DNA of 64,000 nucleotides from Candidatus Omnitrophota bacterium (GTDB lineage Bacteria; Omnitrophota; Gorgyraeia; Zapsychrales; Fredricksoniimonadaceae): NCBI GenBank assembly GCA_044225175.1, contig JBGAJA010000004.1, positions 81,631 to 145,630 of the forward strand, read 5' to 3'. Shown piece by piece: positions 10,239 to 18,526 of this stretch (position 1 is its first letter; each line of letters starts with the position of its first letter). The notes under the pieces were generated by a model. It saw only the letters and a program-made list of their open reading frames with translations, ran no database searches and was not told where the DNA came from. The position numbers and the translations under genes were made by a program.

Positions 10239-13109
10239 ATGAATCTCAAAATAATGATAGGAAATTATGATCTCCGCGTTGCTTGGGGCATTATCATTGC
10301 TTCGTTTTTGATCAAAGTATGCTACATATTTAATCTGACTCATTATTCCCAATCCTTATACGCCGATATGGGGACATACTGGAATAGTAGTTTTGAAAGA
10401 TTGGCGGGCAATACCCACAGCATCACTCAATACGCAGTTTTTCCTACCTGCTATATCTTTATCTTAGCCGAATTCTTGCGTCTGATTAAATTGATTGGCT
10501 TAATTTCTCACGCCCTAAACATTGCTATTATTGTTAATATCCTTCTTTACGCTTTATCTGGTTATACTTTTTATCAAATTGCTTCTAAATTAATAAAAAG
10601 AAAATCAATCGCATTAACTGCTTTAATATTTTACTCAATATCCTATACAGCCACTTATTTAAACGCTTTGATTCTTCCTGAAAATTTAGCAATTCCCCTT
10701 TTAGTGATCATCACATCTATTCTTCTTTTAAAACCACTTAATCTGAAGAATATTCTCCTCATTGGGTTTAGTTTAGGCATTATTGGATGCACCAAGCCCG
10801 TTTTCTTATTTATAAGCTTCGCTTTTATTCTTTATGTTTATTTCGAGACTATAAAGAAAGGTTTTTTAAAATTTTTTATATTCTTACTTGCTCTAGCATT
10901 TGTTCCTATATGGGTAGTCTCTGAGAACTATAAAATATCTGATACCAAACTGGTAGGTCTAGGCGCCTATGGAGGCGCTAATTTCTTCGCTGGCTGGACT
11001 CAAGCAGGAAAAGTAGAAAGTAGTAGTGAGGACGGTTTTTGGTGGATGTGCGGCACCCCTTTCCTTGATGGATCTAACACAAAAACATTCTCAACCAACA
11101 TACCATTCCGTAATCAAACTTATTATTATAATTTAGGGATTCAGACGATTTTAAAAGATCCCACTGTGCTTTACAGAAAATTAACGTGGTTTAAGAATTT
11201 ATTCTTCGGAATCTTCATACCTGCCCACTCCACACAACCATGGGGCTATGATGATCTCATGATGATCACCCAAATCATTCTTTTAACAATGACCATATTT
11301 ATCGGTTTCTGCATTTATTTTGCAAGAAAGAGTCATGATGAAAGAAAGATATTAAATTTCTTTATACTTTCAATTTTCTTTCTGATTCTAGGGCTTTACA
11401 TTATGGGGTACCCTGAAAGAAGATATTTTTATAGTATGGAATTTATTATTATTCTTCTTTCTTTTGTATGCTTCGACTGGCTTTTATCTGCTAAAAATTT
11501 CTTTATCAAACTTCAGGCATCAAATTTCAATATACAGTTAACTAAAACTAAAAAATTTCTGCCATTTGTTTTTCTTTTTCTGATTGTAGCCTATATCTAT
11601 CAGCCATCTTATTTAGATTATGCGAGACGAGACCATATCATCTTTATCAGCGAAAGAAATAACTATAAAAATGATACGGATTGGTTTAAGAATGCCATCA
11701 ACTATAATCGGACAAGGCATAGCGCGCCTGGAGATTACTACCTGTTTAGGCCAGCTTTCCATGCTTTTCTTAGTACTTACGATATCTTTTTTAGAAAGAA
11801 CCTACTTCTTAGCGGAATAACCAGCATTTGTCTTCATCTAGCTGTTGTTTTCTTGATCTTTTATATTCTCAAAACTCACTTTAATACCTTTATTGCACTG
11901 CCTATTTCTGGAATCTTTGCTAGTCAGTCTCTAGGCATAGAAATGGTTACTTGGAGGCATATCAGCTTTTATATGTTTAGCGTGATATTCTTACTGCTGT
12001 CCTTTTTAATGCTTAAATCACAAACAAGATTTAAATATCCTCTTTTTGGATTATTTCTATTTCTCGGAATGCTTTTTCATGAAATCATTCCTTGTTCCAT
12101 TATAGTAATGTTGATCATCCTATCTGTTTTCCTCTACAGCTCGATTGTTTTATTACATAAAAAAATATTTATTCCCAAGAAATTTCTGATCACTTCTTTG
12201 ATCTCTATTTTGCTGTTTTTGCTTTTTGATTGGCTGAGCTGGATGATAACCCATCCCCCATCCCTGCTTGGACCTGCTGATCATTTAACGATGAATTTAG
12301 GATTTGTTACGAGCTCACTTATAAATCTTATTCAATACCTTGGTCTTGGTATAAAAACATTCTTCTATCCATTCTTAATGAATTTAAGCTGGGATAAATC
12401 TACGAGTGACTGGGCTTATTTCTCATTAAAAATCTCATCTGATCATTTTCTAAAATACATTCCCTGGAGCATAGCCGCAGTCATACTCATCTTTTCTACA
12501 ACCGTGATAACTCTACGAAGAATCTTAACGTCGAATCATTCAATTTCTGATCTTATCGCCCTATGGTCATGCTGTGCTTTAAGCGCATTAACACTCATGT
12601 ATTCTTTCATGCGGTTGAGCCTCAGAGACACTGGTTACGGCAGTTTCTCAACTTACTATTATTGGTTTATTTCCTTATTCTATGTTTTTATAGTGTCCTA
12701 TCTTCTTAACTTAATACTAAATAAAATATCTACGGAACATTATAAAAGAGTGCTGATTGTATTTATTTATATCATTTCATCCGTTTTTATACTTACCCAA
12801 GCCCCTAAGGCAAGAAATAGCATTCAAAAGAATTATGACCTTCCATGGGCAAAACAAATTACACAAGCAATAGTAACTGCAGATTTGTACTTTAAATTGA
12901 ATCCTGATCAGTGTTTAGATCCTAGTGAAAAAAATCTTGGGGTTCCACCTCGTCATCTTCAATACTTTACCCTTCCTTATTATCTTCATAAGTATAATTG
13001 TGGTGTTGGTAAAGGCACTTCAATTGCTCATCTTGTCCGCACCAAGCAAGGCGTAACGGTGATCCAGCCTGGTCCATATCCTAATAAAGACCAATATAAA
13101 CCTTTATGA
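10239..13109 (+). CDS. Large polytopic membrane protein (956 aa), possible GT-C-like glycosyltransferase
   Basis: About 20 hydrophobic segments and no soluble catalytic domain recognised. Lies within the glycosylation-like locus. Confidence 0.35.
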   Translation: MNLKIMIGNYDLRVAWGIIIASFLIKVCYIFNLTHYSQSLYADMGTYWNSSFERLAGNTHSITQYAVFPTCYIFILAEFLRLIKLIGLISHALNIAIIVNILLYALSGYTFYQIASKLIKRKSIALTALIFYSISYTATYLNALILPENLAIPLLVIITSILLLKPLNLKNILLIGFSLGIIGCTKPVFLFISFAFILYVYFETIKKGFLKFFIFLLALAFVPIWVVSENYKISDTKLVGLGAYGGANFFAGWTQAGKVESSSEDGFWWMCGTPFLDGSNTKTFSTNIPFRNQTYYYNLGIQTILKDPTVLYRKLTWFKNLFFGIFIPAHSTQPWGYDDLMMITQIILLTMTIFIGFCIYFARKSHDERKILNFFILSIFFLILGLYIMGYPERRYFYSMEFIIILLSFVCFDWLLSAKNFFIKLQASNFNIQLTKTKKFLPFVFLFLIVAYIYQPSYLDYARRDHIIFISERNNYKNDTDWFKNAINYNRTRHSAPGDYYLFRPAFHAFLSTYDIFFRKNLLLSGITSICLHLAVVFLIFYILKTHFNTFIALPISGIFASQSLGIEMVTWRHISFYMFSVIFLLLSFLMLKSQTRFKYPLFGLFLFLGMLFHEIIPCSIIVMLIILSVFLYSSIVLLHKKIFIPKKFLITSLISILLFLLFDWLSWMITHPPSLLGPADHLTMNLGFVTSSLINLIQYLGLGIKTFFYPFLMNLSWDKSTSDWAYFSLKISSDHFLKYIPWSIAAVILIFSTTVITLRRILTSNHSISDLIALWSCCALSALTLMYSFMRLSLRDTGYGSFSTYYYWFISLFYVFIVSYLLNLILNKISTEHYKRVLIVFIYIISSVFILTQAPKARNSIQKNYDLPWAKQITQAIVTADLYFKLNPDQCLDPSEKNLGVPPRHLQYFTLPYYLHKYNCGVGKGTSIAHLVRTKQGVTVIQPGPYPNKDQYKPL

Positions 13110-13138
13110 TCATCTGCCGCTTGGATAGGATTATTTGA

Positions 13139-14884
13139 TTAATAAATGCCGGGAATGAATTTATAGGGAGTTTTTTGCTGATAGACTCTATATTCCGGAT
13201 TTGATGCAGACATAAACTGATCTTCTCTCATAGAGCGAATATAATAGGTTGCTAGGAATATATTACACATGCCTAACCACTGCATCGGTGTAGAAAAACC
13301 ATTAACGTACATCATAATAAACATAAAGGCTTCCAAAGTATAGGAAGGATGCCTGACTACACTATAAAAACCTGTTGTTCTCACTCCTTTATCCGTCATT
13401 ACCCCAAACATTGTTCCCAAGTTCCAAATTGAAAGTGTATAAAGTATATTCAAAAAAGCTTCTGCTATTAGAGTTAAATCTGACAAAGGACCTTGGGTAA
13501 ATATCGGTTCTAAACCAGTCAAAGATGGCGTCATTTGCCAAATGACTCCCCCTAATAAAGGAGAATAACAAACCGCATTAGTTGCCCATCCCATAAACGT
13601 AAAATCTAAGTTGCGAATACGCTTGCCCCAAAGATAACCAAAAACGGAATAACCATAACCTATTAAACATCCCACAATAGTAATGGACCACAACCAATAT
13701 CGCAGGACAGTGAATACCTCACGGAAGCTTAAAGAATGCTCAGAAGTCCCTCCTGGGGGCCATATAATCTGCGAAGCAGCCCTCAAATTCCCCTGTAAGA
13801 ACTCTAATAAGGTCCGACCAAAAGCATAAAAAATGATTAAATGAAGAGTCCAAAGCAATACATCACGCCAAACACCTTTAAACACTTTGGGATTTCTTTG
13901 TTTAAACTCAAGTAAATGCCAAAACCACCTAATAGGCGACATATTTTTCCAAATCAATAAACCAAGATATAAACCCCCTAACAATATATACAGTCCAATT
14001 TTATGTTTATATAAAGGAGAGCTTATTTCTGGCAGATGAATGGACCAATGAAACATAGAGTTACCCCAACGAACAATGATATTGGCTAAATATTCAAAAC
14101 AGCGAGGAAAAAAGTTCACGATAAACCATATAAAGGGGATGCCGAACATAATTTGCATGAAGAAATGAAACCTTTGAATATAACCTGCCTTCCCTTTTGA
14201 CCTTAACCAATTTCCCAATAAAAGCATGGGAGATTGATGACGAACAATAAAAAAATAACTGTATAAAACGATTGCAAGAATAAGAATCAATAATTCAAAA
14301 AGAAAAATAAATGGATTGGGTAAAATAACGACCTGAGTTGCAACCGTGTACTCACTGACTGATAAATTCTTAGCATTGTATCCCTCTTGGAGTTTAATCA
14401 AATTACTCCAAGATTCATCTTCTTGAAGATCTTGCAATTGGATACGTCCGACAACTTTTCGGTCTTTATAAAGACATAAAATATCTCCGGTATGAAATCC
14501 TAGCCGAGAACCTACAGATACTTTAATTCTAGGACCCTCTACCTCTAAAACACGCCCATGACGCCCCATAGGCCACTTATATTTCTCGGGACTATAAGAA
14601 GCTATGACTCGATTGCCATTTACAGATGAAATAGTTACATCTCCAATACTGAAATTTAACTCGGAAAAAAAACGGTAAATAGGAAAAGAGCTGCCTTCCT
14701 TAAGAAAGGAGCTATCTGTGACCGAAAAAGCCACGTGGGAAGAGTCAATCGTTTGATCTATGTTATAGTGTTTTTCAAATAAAAGATGCAGAGGGATTAA
14801 GAAGAGAATTGCTAAAACTAACCAAAGCGCTAATTCATAAAGAAAATGACAAAGATGATGAGGACTATAGGATGGATTAGACAT
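13139..14884 (-). CDS. Membrane protein with a C-terminal ICMT/PEMT-family methyltransferase domain
   Basis: 581 aa. N-terminal TM helix and soluble domain, then multiple TMs. The C-terminus has VVRHPSYTLE and ...EDQF...YRVYQQKTPYKFIPGIY, which match isoprenylcysteine carboxyl / phospholipid methyltransferase motifs. Confidence 0.55.
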   Translation of the reverse strand: MSNPSYSPHHLCHFLYELALWLVLAILFLIPLHLLFEKHYNIDQTIDSSHVAFSVTDSSFLKEGSSFPIYRFFSELNFSIGDVTISSVNGNRVIASYSPEKYKWPMGRHGRVLEVEGPRIKVSVGSRLGFHTGDILCLYKDRKVVGRIQLQDLQEDESWSNLIKLQEGYNAKNLSVSEYTVATQVVILPNPFIFLFELLILILAIVLYSYFFIVRHQSPMLLLGNWLRSKGKAGYIQRFHFFMQIMFGIPFIWFIVNFFPRCFEYLANIIVRWGNSMFHWSIHLPEISSPLYKHKIGLYILLGGLYLGLLIWKNMSPIRWFWHLLEFKQRNPKVFKGVWRDVLLWTLHLIIFYAFGRTLLEFLQGNLRAASQIIWPPGGTSEHSLSFREVFTVLRYWLWSITIVGCLIGYGYSVFGYLWGKRIRNLDFTFMGWATNAVCYSPLLGGVIWQMTPSLTGLEPIFTQGPLSDLTLIAEAFLNILYTLSIWNLGTMFGVMTDKGVRTTGFYSVVRHPSYTLEAFMFIMMYVNGFSTPMQWLGMCNIFLATYYIRSMREDQFMSASNPEYRVYQQKTPYKFIPGIY

Positions 14885-15931
14885 TTACCATTTAAAGGCG
14901 ACCCCAGTGCGTTGACATTGTTTGCAAATCTCCATGCTGGGACGTCCTTGAGTTTTCATGCGTTCTCGAGTTGACTGAGCTTCTTTACCATTCCAAATCG
15001 CTTTAACGTTAGATGCCTTAGTCTGAAAAGTAGTATACGGCTTAATATCGCTCCAGATTACCCCTTCACAGCACTGCAAAACCTCACCATTAAAATTGAC
15101 CTGCATGGCCTTCCACAGCCAATCACAGGAGATAGGCAGCGTTGAAGTAGGAAGCGCAGTTTCCTTTCCTTCCAACCCGCCTCGAGGATTGCCCTGTCTA
15201 AAACTTAGCATTAAACCATTTTCTTTACAAAATTGTCGAATCAAAGGAATCTGATGTTGATTATATTGGTACGTAATCCAGTCAATCAGAATGACTGTAT
15301 GTGCTTTTAGTTCCTTTTTTAAACGAGCTACCATTCGAATATTTGCTTTGAGCTTCTCTACTTCCCCGTAACGAATTTGGATACTATAGATATCCTGAGT
15401 GAATCCACCCAGCTGGATTTTAATAAAATCAATTCCTCCTCCCAGGATTCCTCTGGCATTTTCTTCAGTAAATAAAAGGCCATTTGTTGAAATCATAGTC
15501 ATCACATTACGTTCTGTTGAGAATTTCACGAGCGAAGCCAGATCTTTATATAAAAGAGGCTCTCCATTAGTGTAAAGAACAGCTATTAACACATCTTCCT
15601 TGATCTGATCAATGATATCTTTGGCCATTTCAGTAGGCATTTTTCCCTTAGAAATGCTATCAATCACTGGTTTCTGGGGATTAATGTTATAGATCTTCCC
15701 CTTAGCATCTCGACAAAATAGACATCCCGCGTTGCACTCATTCCATAACTCTAAACTCAAAATAAATGGAGAAACTGCAGATTTATTAGTTTTAAAGATA
15801 TAAGCCCAGGAACATAAAAATACATTCCATAATTTACGAAATGTGATTTTCCCATTAGACAAAGCAGTTAAAAACAGTCGGACTTTTAGAAAAAAATAAT
15901 GATTATGTTTAGGTGTCTTAAGTTTGTTCAT
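14885..15931 (-). CDS. Radical SAM enzyme with a Cys-rich C-terminal (SPASM/twitch-like) extension
   Basis: CxxxCxxC (CNAGCLFC). C-terminal cysteines C..CC......CKQC. The start was moved to the internal ATG (MNKLKTPK), giving a 14-nt overlap with the GT2 gene instead of 128 nt. Confidence 0.65.
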   Translation of the reverse strand: MNKLKTPKHNHYFFLKVRLFLTALSNGKITFRKLWNVFLCSWAYIFKTNKSAVSPFILSLELWNECNAGCLFCRDAKGKIYNINPQKPVIDSISKGKMPTEMAKDIIDQIKEDVLIAVLYTNGEPLLYKDLASLVKFSTERNVMTMISTNGLLFTEENARGILGGGIDFIKIQLGGFTQDIYSIQIRYGEVEKLKANIRMVARLKKELKAHTVILIDWITYQYNQHQIPLIRQFCKENGLMLSFRQGNPRGGLEGKETALPTSTLPISCDWLWKAMQVNFNGEVLQCCEGVIWSDIKPYTTFQTKASNVKAIWNGKEAQSTRERMKTQGRPSMEICKQCQRTGVAFKW

Positions 15932-16907
15932 CTTTAAAACCGTAAGTTGAGCTGATAATGTAACGAGGTCGATTTTTGGTTTGTTCGTGAATAGAATGTA
16001 CATATAAACCAATGGCCCCAAGACAAAAAAGCTGCACTGCCCCAATAAACAAAATAACGATCATCAATGCCGTCCATCCTGGAATTGCTTTGCCCTGAAT
16101 TTTCTGGGATAACGCATAACCCATCAATATAACATCAATAAATACCGTCAGTATTCCACAATAGGAAGCAATCTCAAGCGGAACAGAAGAGAAATTAATC
16201 AGAGCTGAATTTAAAAAATTAGAAACAACTTTCTTGCTTAGAACAAAAAACTTGCTCTTTCCTGCAAAACGAGGCTGACGCTCATAAGGAACAAAAACCT
16301 GTTTAAATCCTGCATAAGCAATCAATCCTCGAATAAAAGGCCTAGATTCATTCATAGTCAAAAGATGGTTAACCATCCTTCTTGACAAAAGTTTAAAATC
16401 ACCTGCTTCTTGAGGAATTTCAACGGAGGAATAACGATTTAGAATATAGTAACCAACTCGGGTTATGAGTAATTTTAAAGAAGATTCTCCATATCTTTTC
16501 TTACGGAGAGTATGCACCACATCAACTTTGTGATCTTCCTGGAATTTCACGAGCATTTGAGGGATCAGTTCCGGAGGGTCTTGTAAATCACAATCCATAT
16601 AAATAACAGCATCACCCTTTGCCTTGGCTAAACCTGCCATGACACAAACTGAAACTCCAAAGGCACGTGACATTGAAATAATTTTTATGTCATGATTATT
16701 TTCATCGAGCTTAAGAAGTATGGCTGCACTTTGATCTGTAGAACAATCATCGACAAATAAAAGCTCCCAACCAGAAATTCTTCCGGCAGAACGAAGGTCA
16801 ACGAGTACTTTTCTTAGACGTTCAACAAATGATTCAAGAACATCGGATTCATTGCGAAAAGAAAATACTAAAGATAGAAATACAACTTTATGAGAGGAAA
16901 TTTCCAT
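15918..16907 (-). CDS. GT2 polyprenyl-phosphate glycosyltransferase (GtrB/ArnC/Dpm1-like)
   Basis: 329 aa with FVDDCSTD and DCDLQD motifs and two C-terminal TM helices, as is typical for this family. Confidence 0.8.
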   Translation of the reverse strand: MEISSHKVVFLSLVFSFRNESDVLESFVERLRKVLVDLRSAGRISGWELLFVDDCSTDQSAAILLKLDENNHDIKIISMSRAFGVSVCVMAGLAKAKGDAVIYMDCDLQDPPELIPQMLVKFQEDHKVDVVHTLRKKRYGESSLKLLITRVGYYILNRYSSVEIPQEAGDFKLLSRRMVNHLLTMNESRPFIRGLIAYAGFKQVFVPYERQPRFAGKSKFFVLSKKVVSNFLNSALINFSSVPLEIASYCGILTVFIDVILMGYALSQKIQGKAIPGWTALMIVILFIGAVQLFCLGAIGLYVHSIHEQTKNRPRYIISSTYGFKDEQT

Positions 16908-16929
16908 GGAAAAAAAGAATCACAAACAC

Positions 16930-18036
16930 TTACCTACAATGTCCAAGAATACAAGAATAACCCGCACAACAAGGCTTAACAAGAGAGCAAAGAGGAGGAT
17001 TCGTGCAAGAGCCAGTCCCTGTAGCAGTTCCAGTAGCAGTTCCCGCCCCACCTCCAGAAGCACATGGAGCACACAACGATGCAACACAACAATAAAGAAG
17101 ATTATCCGAACAATCTCCATCATCAATACATGCTATGTTTTGAGCTGAAGAATGTGCGGAGCCCGTTGATGAACCTGTTGAACTTCCAGTGGATGACCCG
17201 GTCGAGCTTCCGGTAGATGAACCTGTTGAACTACCTGTAGATGAACCTGTCGCACTTCCTGTCGATGAGCCTGTTGAGCTTCCGGTGGATGAACCTGTCG
17301 AACTTCCTGTCGATGAACCTGTTGAGCTTCCTGTAGATGAGCCTGTTGAGCTTCCGGTGGATGAACCGGTTGAACTTCCGGTGGATGAACCTGTCGAACT
17401 TCCCGTGGATGAACCGGTTGAACTTCCGGTAGATGAACCTGTCGAACTACCCGTGGATGAACCGGTTGAACTTCCTGTTGAAGAACCCGTTGCACTTCCT
17501 GTTGAAGAACCCGTTGAGCTTCCTGTAGAGGATCCAGTACCACTTCCATTTCCAGAATTGTTGCCCTGAGCATCACATGCATGAAAGTTAGCTTGATGAG
17601 CGACCTTAGAAATAGGATCTATACATTCATTGGGATAGCAATTACTCTTAAATGTTCCATCACAATCATAACCGCACTTACCTGTAAGGTGATTTATATC
17701 GTTGTTAGGTGTGCAACCCGGATGGATACCACAATAAACTAAATACCCACTTCCCATTCGTACGGAACTCTTACCATCTGGAGGAAGGATAGTATCTGTG
17801 CTACTTGCTATTGCATATGGATTCCCGTTAGTCCCTTTCTTAATATCATAAATAACAATCTTCCCGGTATTAGAATCCAAACCTGTTACTCTAAATCCAC
17901 TGTCATTAGCAGCACAAGGATAGTCGGGGTCGTCAGCAAAGCTTTGTGAAGAAAAAATTAAAAGAAAAAAAAGTACGAGGCTGGTATTTTGAATGATTTT
18001 AATAAATTGATTGTTTGGCATGGTCAACATATTCAT
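16930..18036 (-). CDS. Secreted Cys-rich protein with a long (SSTG)n linker
   Basis: Signal peptide (cleavage near SFA/DD). Cys-rich N- and C-terminal modules. About 150 aa of SSTG/SATG repeats. Confidence 0.6.
   Translation of the reverse strand: MNMLTMPNNQFIKIIQNTSLVLFFLLIFSSQSFADDPDYPCAANDSGFRVTGLDSNTGKIVIYDIKKGTNGNPYAIASSTDTILPPDGKSSVRMGSGYLVYCGIHPGCTPNNDINHLTGKCGYDCDGTFKSNCYPNECIDPISKVAHQANFHACDAQGNNSGNGSGTGSSTGSSTGSSTGSATGSSTGSSTGSSTGSSTGSSTGSSTGSSTGSSTGSSTGSSTGSSTGSSTGSSTGSSTGSSTGSSTGSSTGSSTGSSTGSATGSSTGSSTGSSTGSSTGSSTGSSTGSSTGSAHSSAQNIACIDDGDCSDNLLYCCVASLCAPCASGGGAGTATGTATGTGSCTNPPLCSLVKPCCAGYSCILGHCR
17140..17580. repeat. About 18 tandem copies of a 24-bp coding repeat (GTGGATGAACCTGTTGAACTTCCG on the plus strand; encodes SSTGSSTG on the minus strand)
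   Basis: The periodicity is directly visible. It creates the artefactual plus-strand ORF 17189-17569 (VDEPVELP)n. Confidence 0.85.
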
Positions 18037-18040
18037 TCTC

Positions 18041-18286
18041 CTAGAATGGAGGTGTATCTAAACATCCTGTGAATGACCCTACGGCCCACATAGCATTAGC
18101 TGGAGGTGATACCGGAGCTACCTTATAACAAGGATAAATTAATTTGTTTGTTACAGTCAAGTTTTCATAATACCCATTAGGTGCAGGATAGTAGGTTGTC
18201 ATATTGATGGTGCCTGCGTAAACCTTGATGGCCCAAGCAGCTAGGATAACTGCTCCTGCAATGACTATTAACTTATTTGACTTCAT
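18041..18286 (-). CDS. Small secreted protein (81 aa)
   Basis: N-terminal signal peptide. Lies 4 nt upstream of the STG-repeat protein. Confidence 0.4.
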   Translation of the reverse strand: MKSNKLIVIAGAVILAAWAIKVYAGTINMTTYYPAPNGYYENLTVTNKLIYPCYKVAPVSPPANAMWAVGSFTGCLDTPPF

Positions 18287-18417
18287 GACATCTCCTTTAA
18301 AGACCTGCTTACTTCTCTACTTAAAATATACACTATAATTCTTATATGTCAACACAGCCTAAAACTAAATATTTTCTCAACCCTATGAGTGAAAAGGCTT
18401 TATAAACTTAAAAGAAA

Positions 18418-18493
18418 CGCCCCCGGGCCGAATCGAACGGCCAGCCTAGACGTTAGGAGTGTCTCGCTCTATCCAAGATTGAGCTACAGGGGC
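18418..18493 (-). tRNA. tRNA-Arg (anticodon CCU)
   Basis: Hand fold of the minus strand GCCCCTG/TA/GCTC-AATCTTGGATA-GAGC/G/AGACA-CTCCTAA-CGTCT/AGGCT/GGCCG-TTCGATT-CGGCC/CGGGGGC+G gives an acceptor stem with one G-U pair, a GTTCGATT T-loop and a CUCCUAA anticodon loop. CCA is not encoded. Confidence 0.7.
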
Positions 18494-18500
18494 AAATGAT

Positions 18501-18526
18501 AAAAAGGTGTCTGACACCTTTTTTAC
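18501..18526. terminator. Palindromic hairpin AAAAAGGTGTCTGACACCTTTTTT between the stop of the TMTC-like gene and the tRNA
   Basis: Same 23-mer as at 1631-1654. It overlaps the TAA stop at 18523-18525. Confidence 0.45.

Noticed and set aside
14885-16045. Full 386-aa extent of the radical SAM ORF as given by the track
   Set aside because: The first 38 codons overlap the C-terminus of the GT2 gene in another frame. The internal ATG at 15931 gives the usual short overlap and a sensible N-terminus.
17189-17569. 126-aa plus-strand ORF (VDEPVELP)n and the 149-aa minus-strand alternate-frame ORF 17133-17582
   Set aside because: Both are other frames of the 24-bp tandem repeat that encodes the (SSTG)n linker of the 16930-18036 gene. 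They are repeat artefacts.
17140-17580. Possible CRISPR array
   Set aside because: The repeats are 24 bp and directly tandem with no spacers, and they sit in-frame inside a protein-coding gene. No CRISPR array was seen anywhere in the window.
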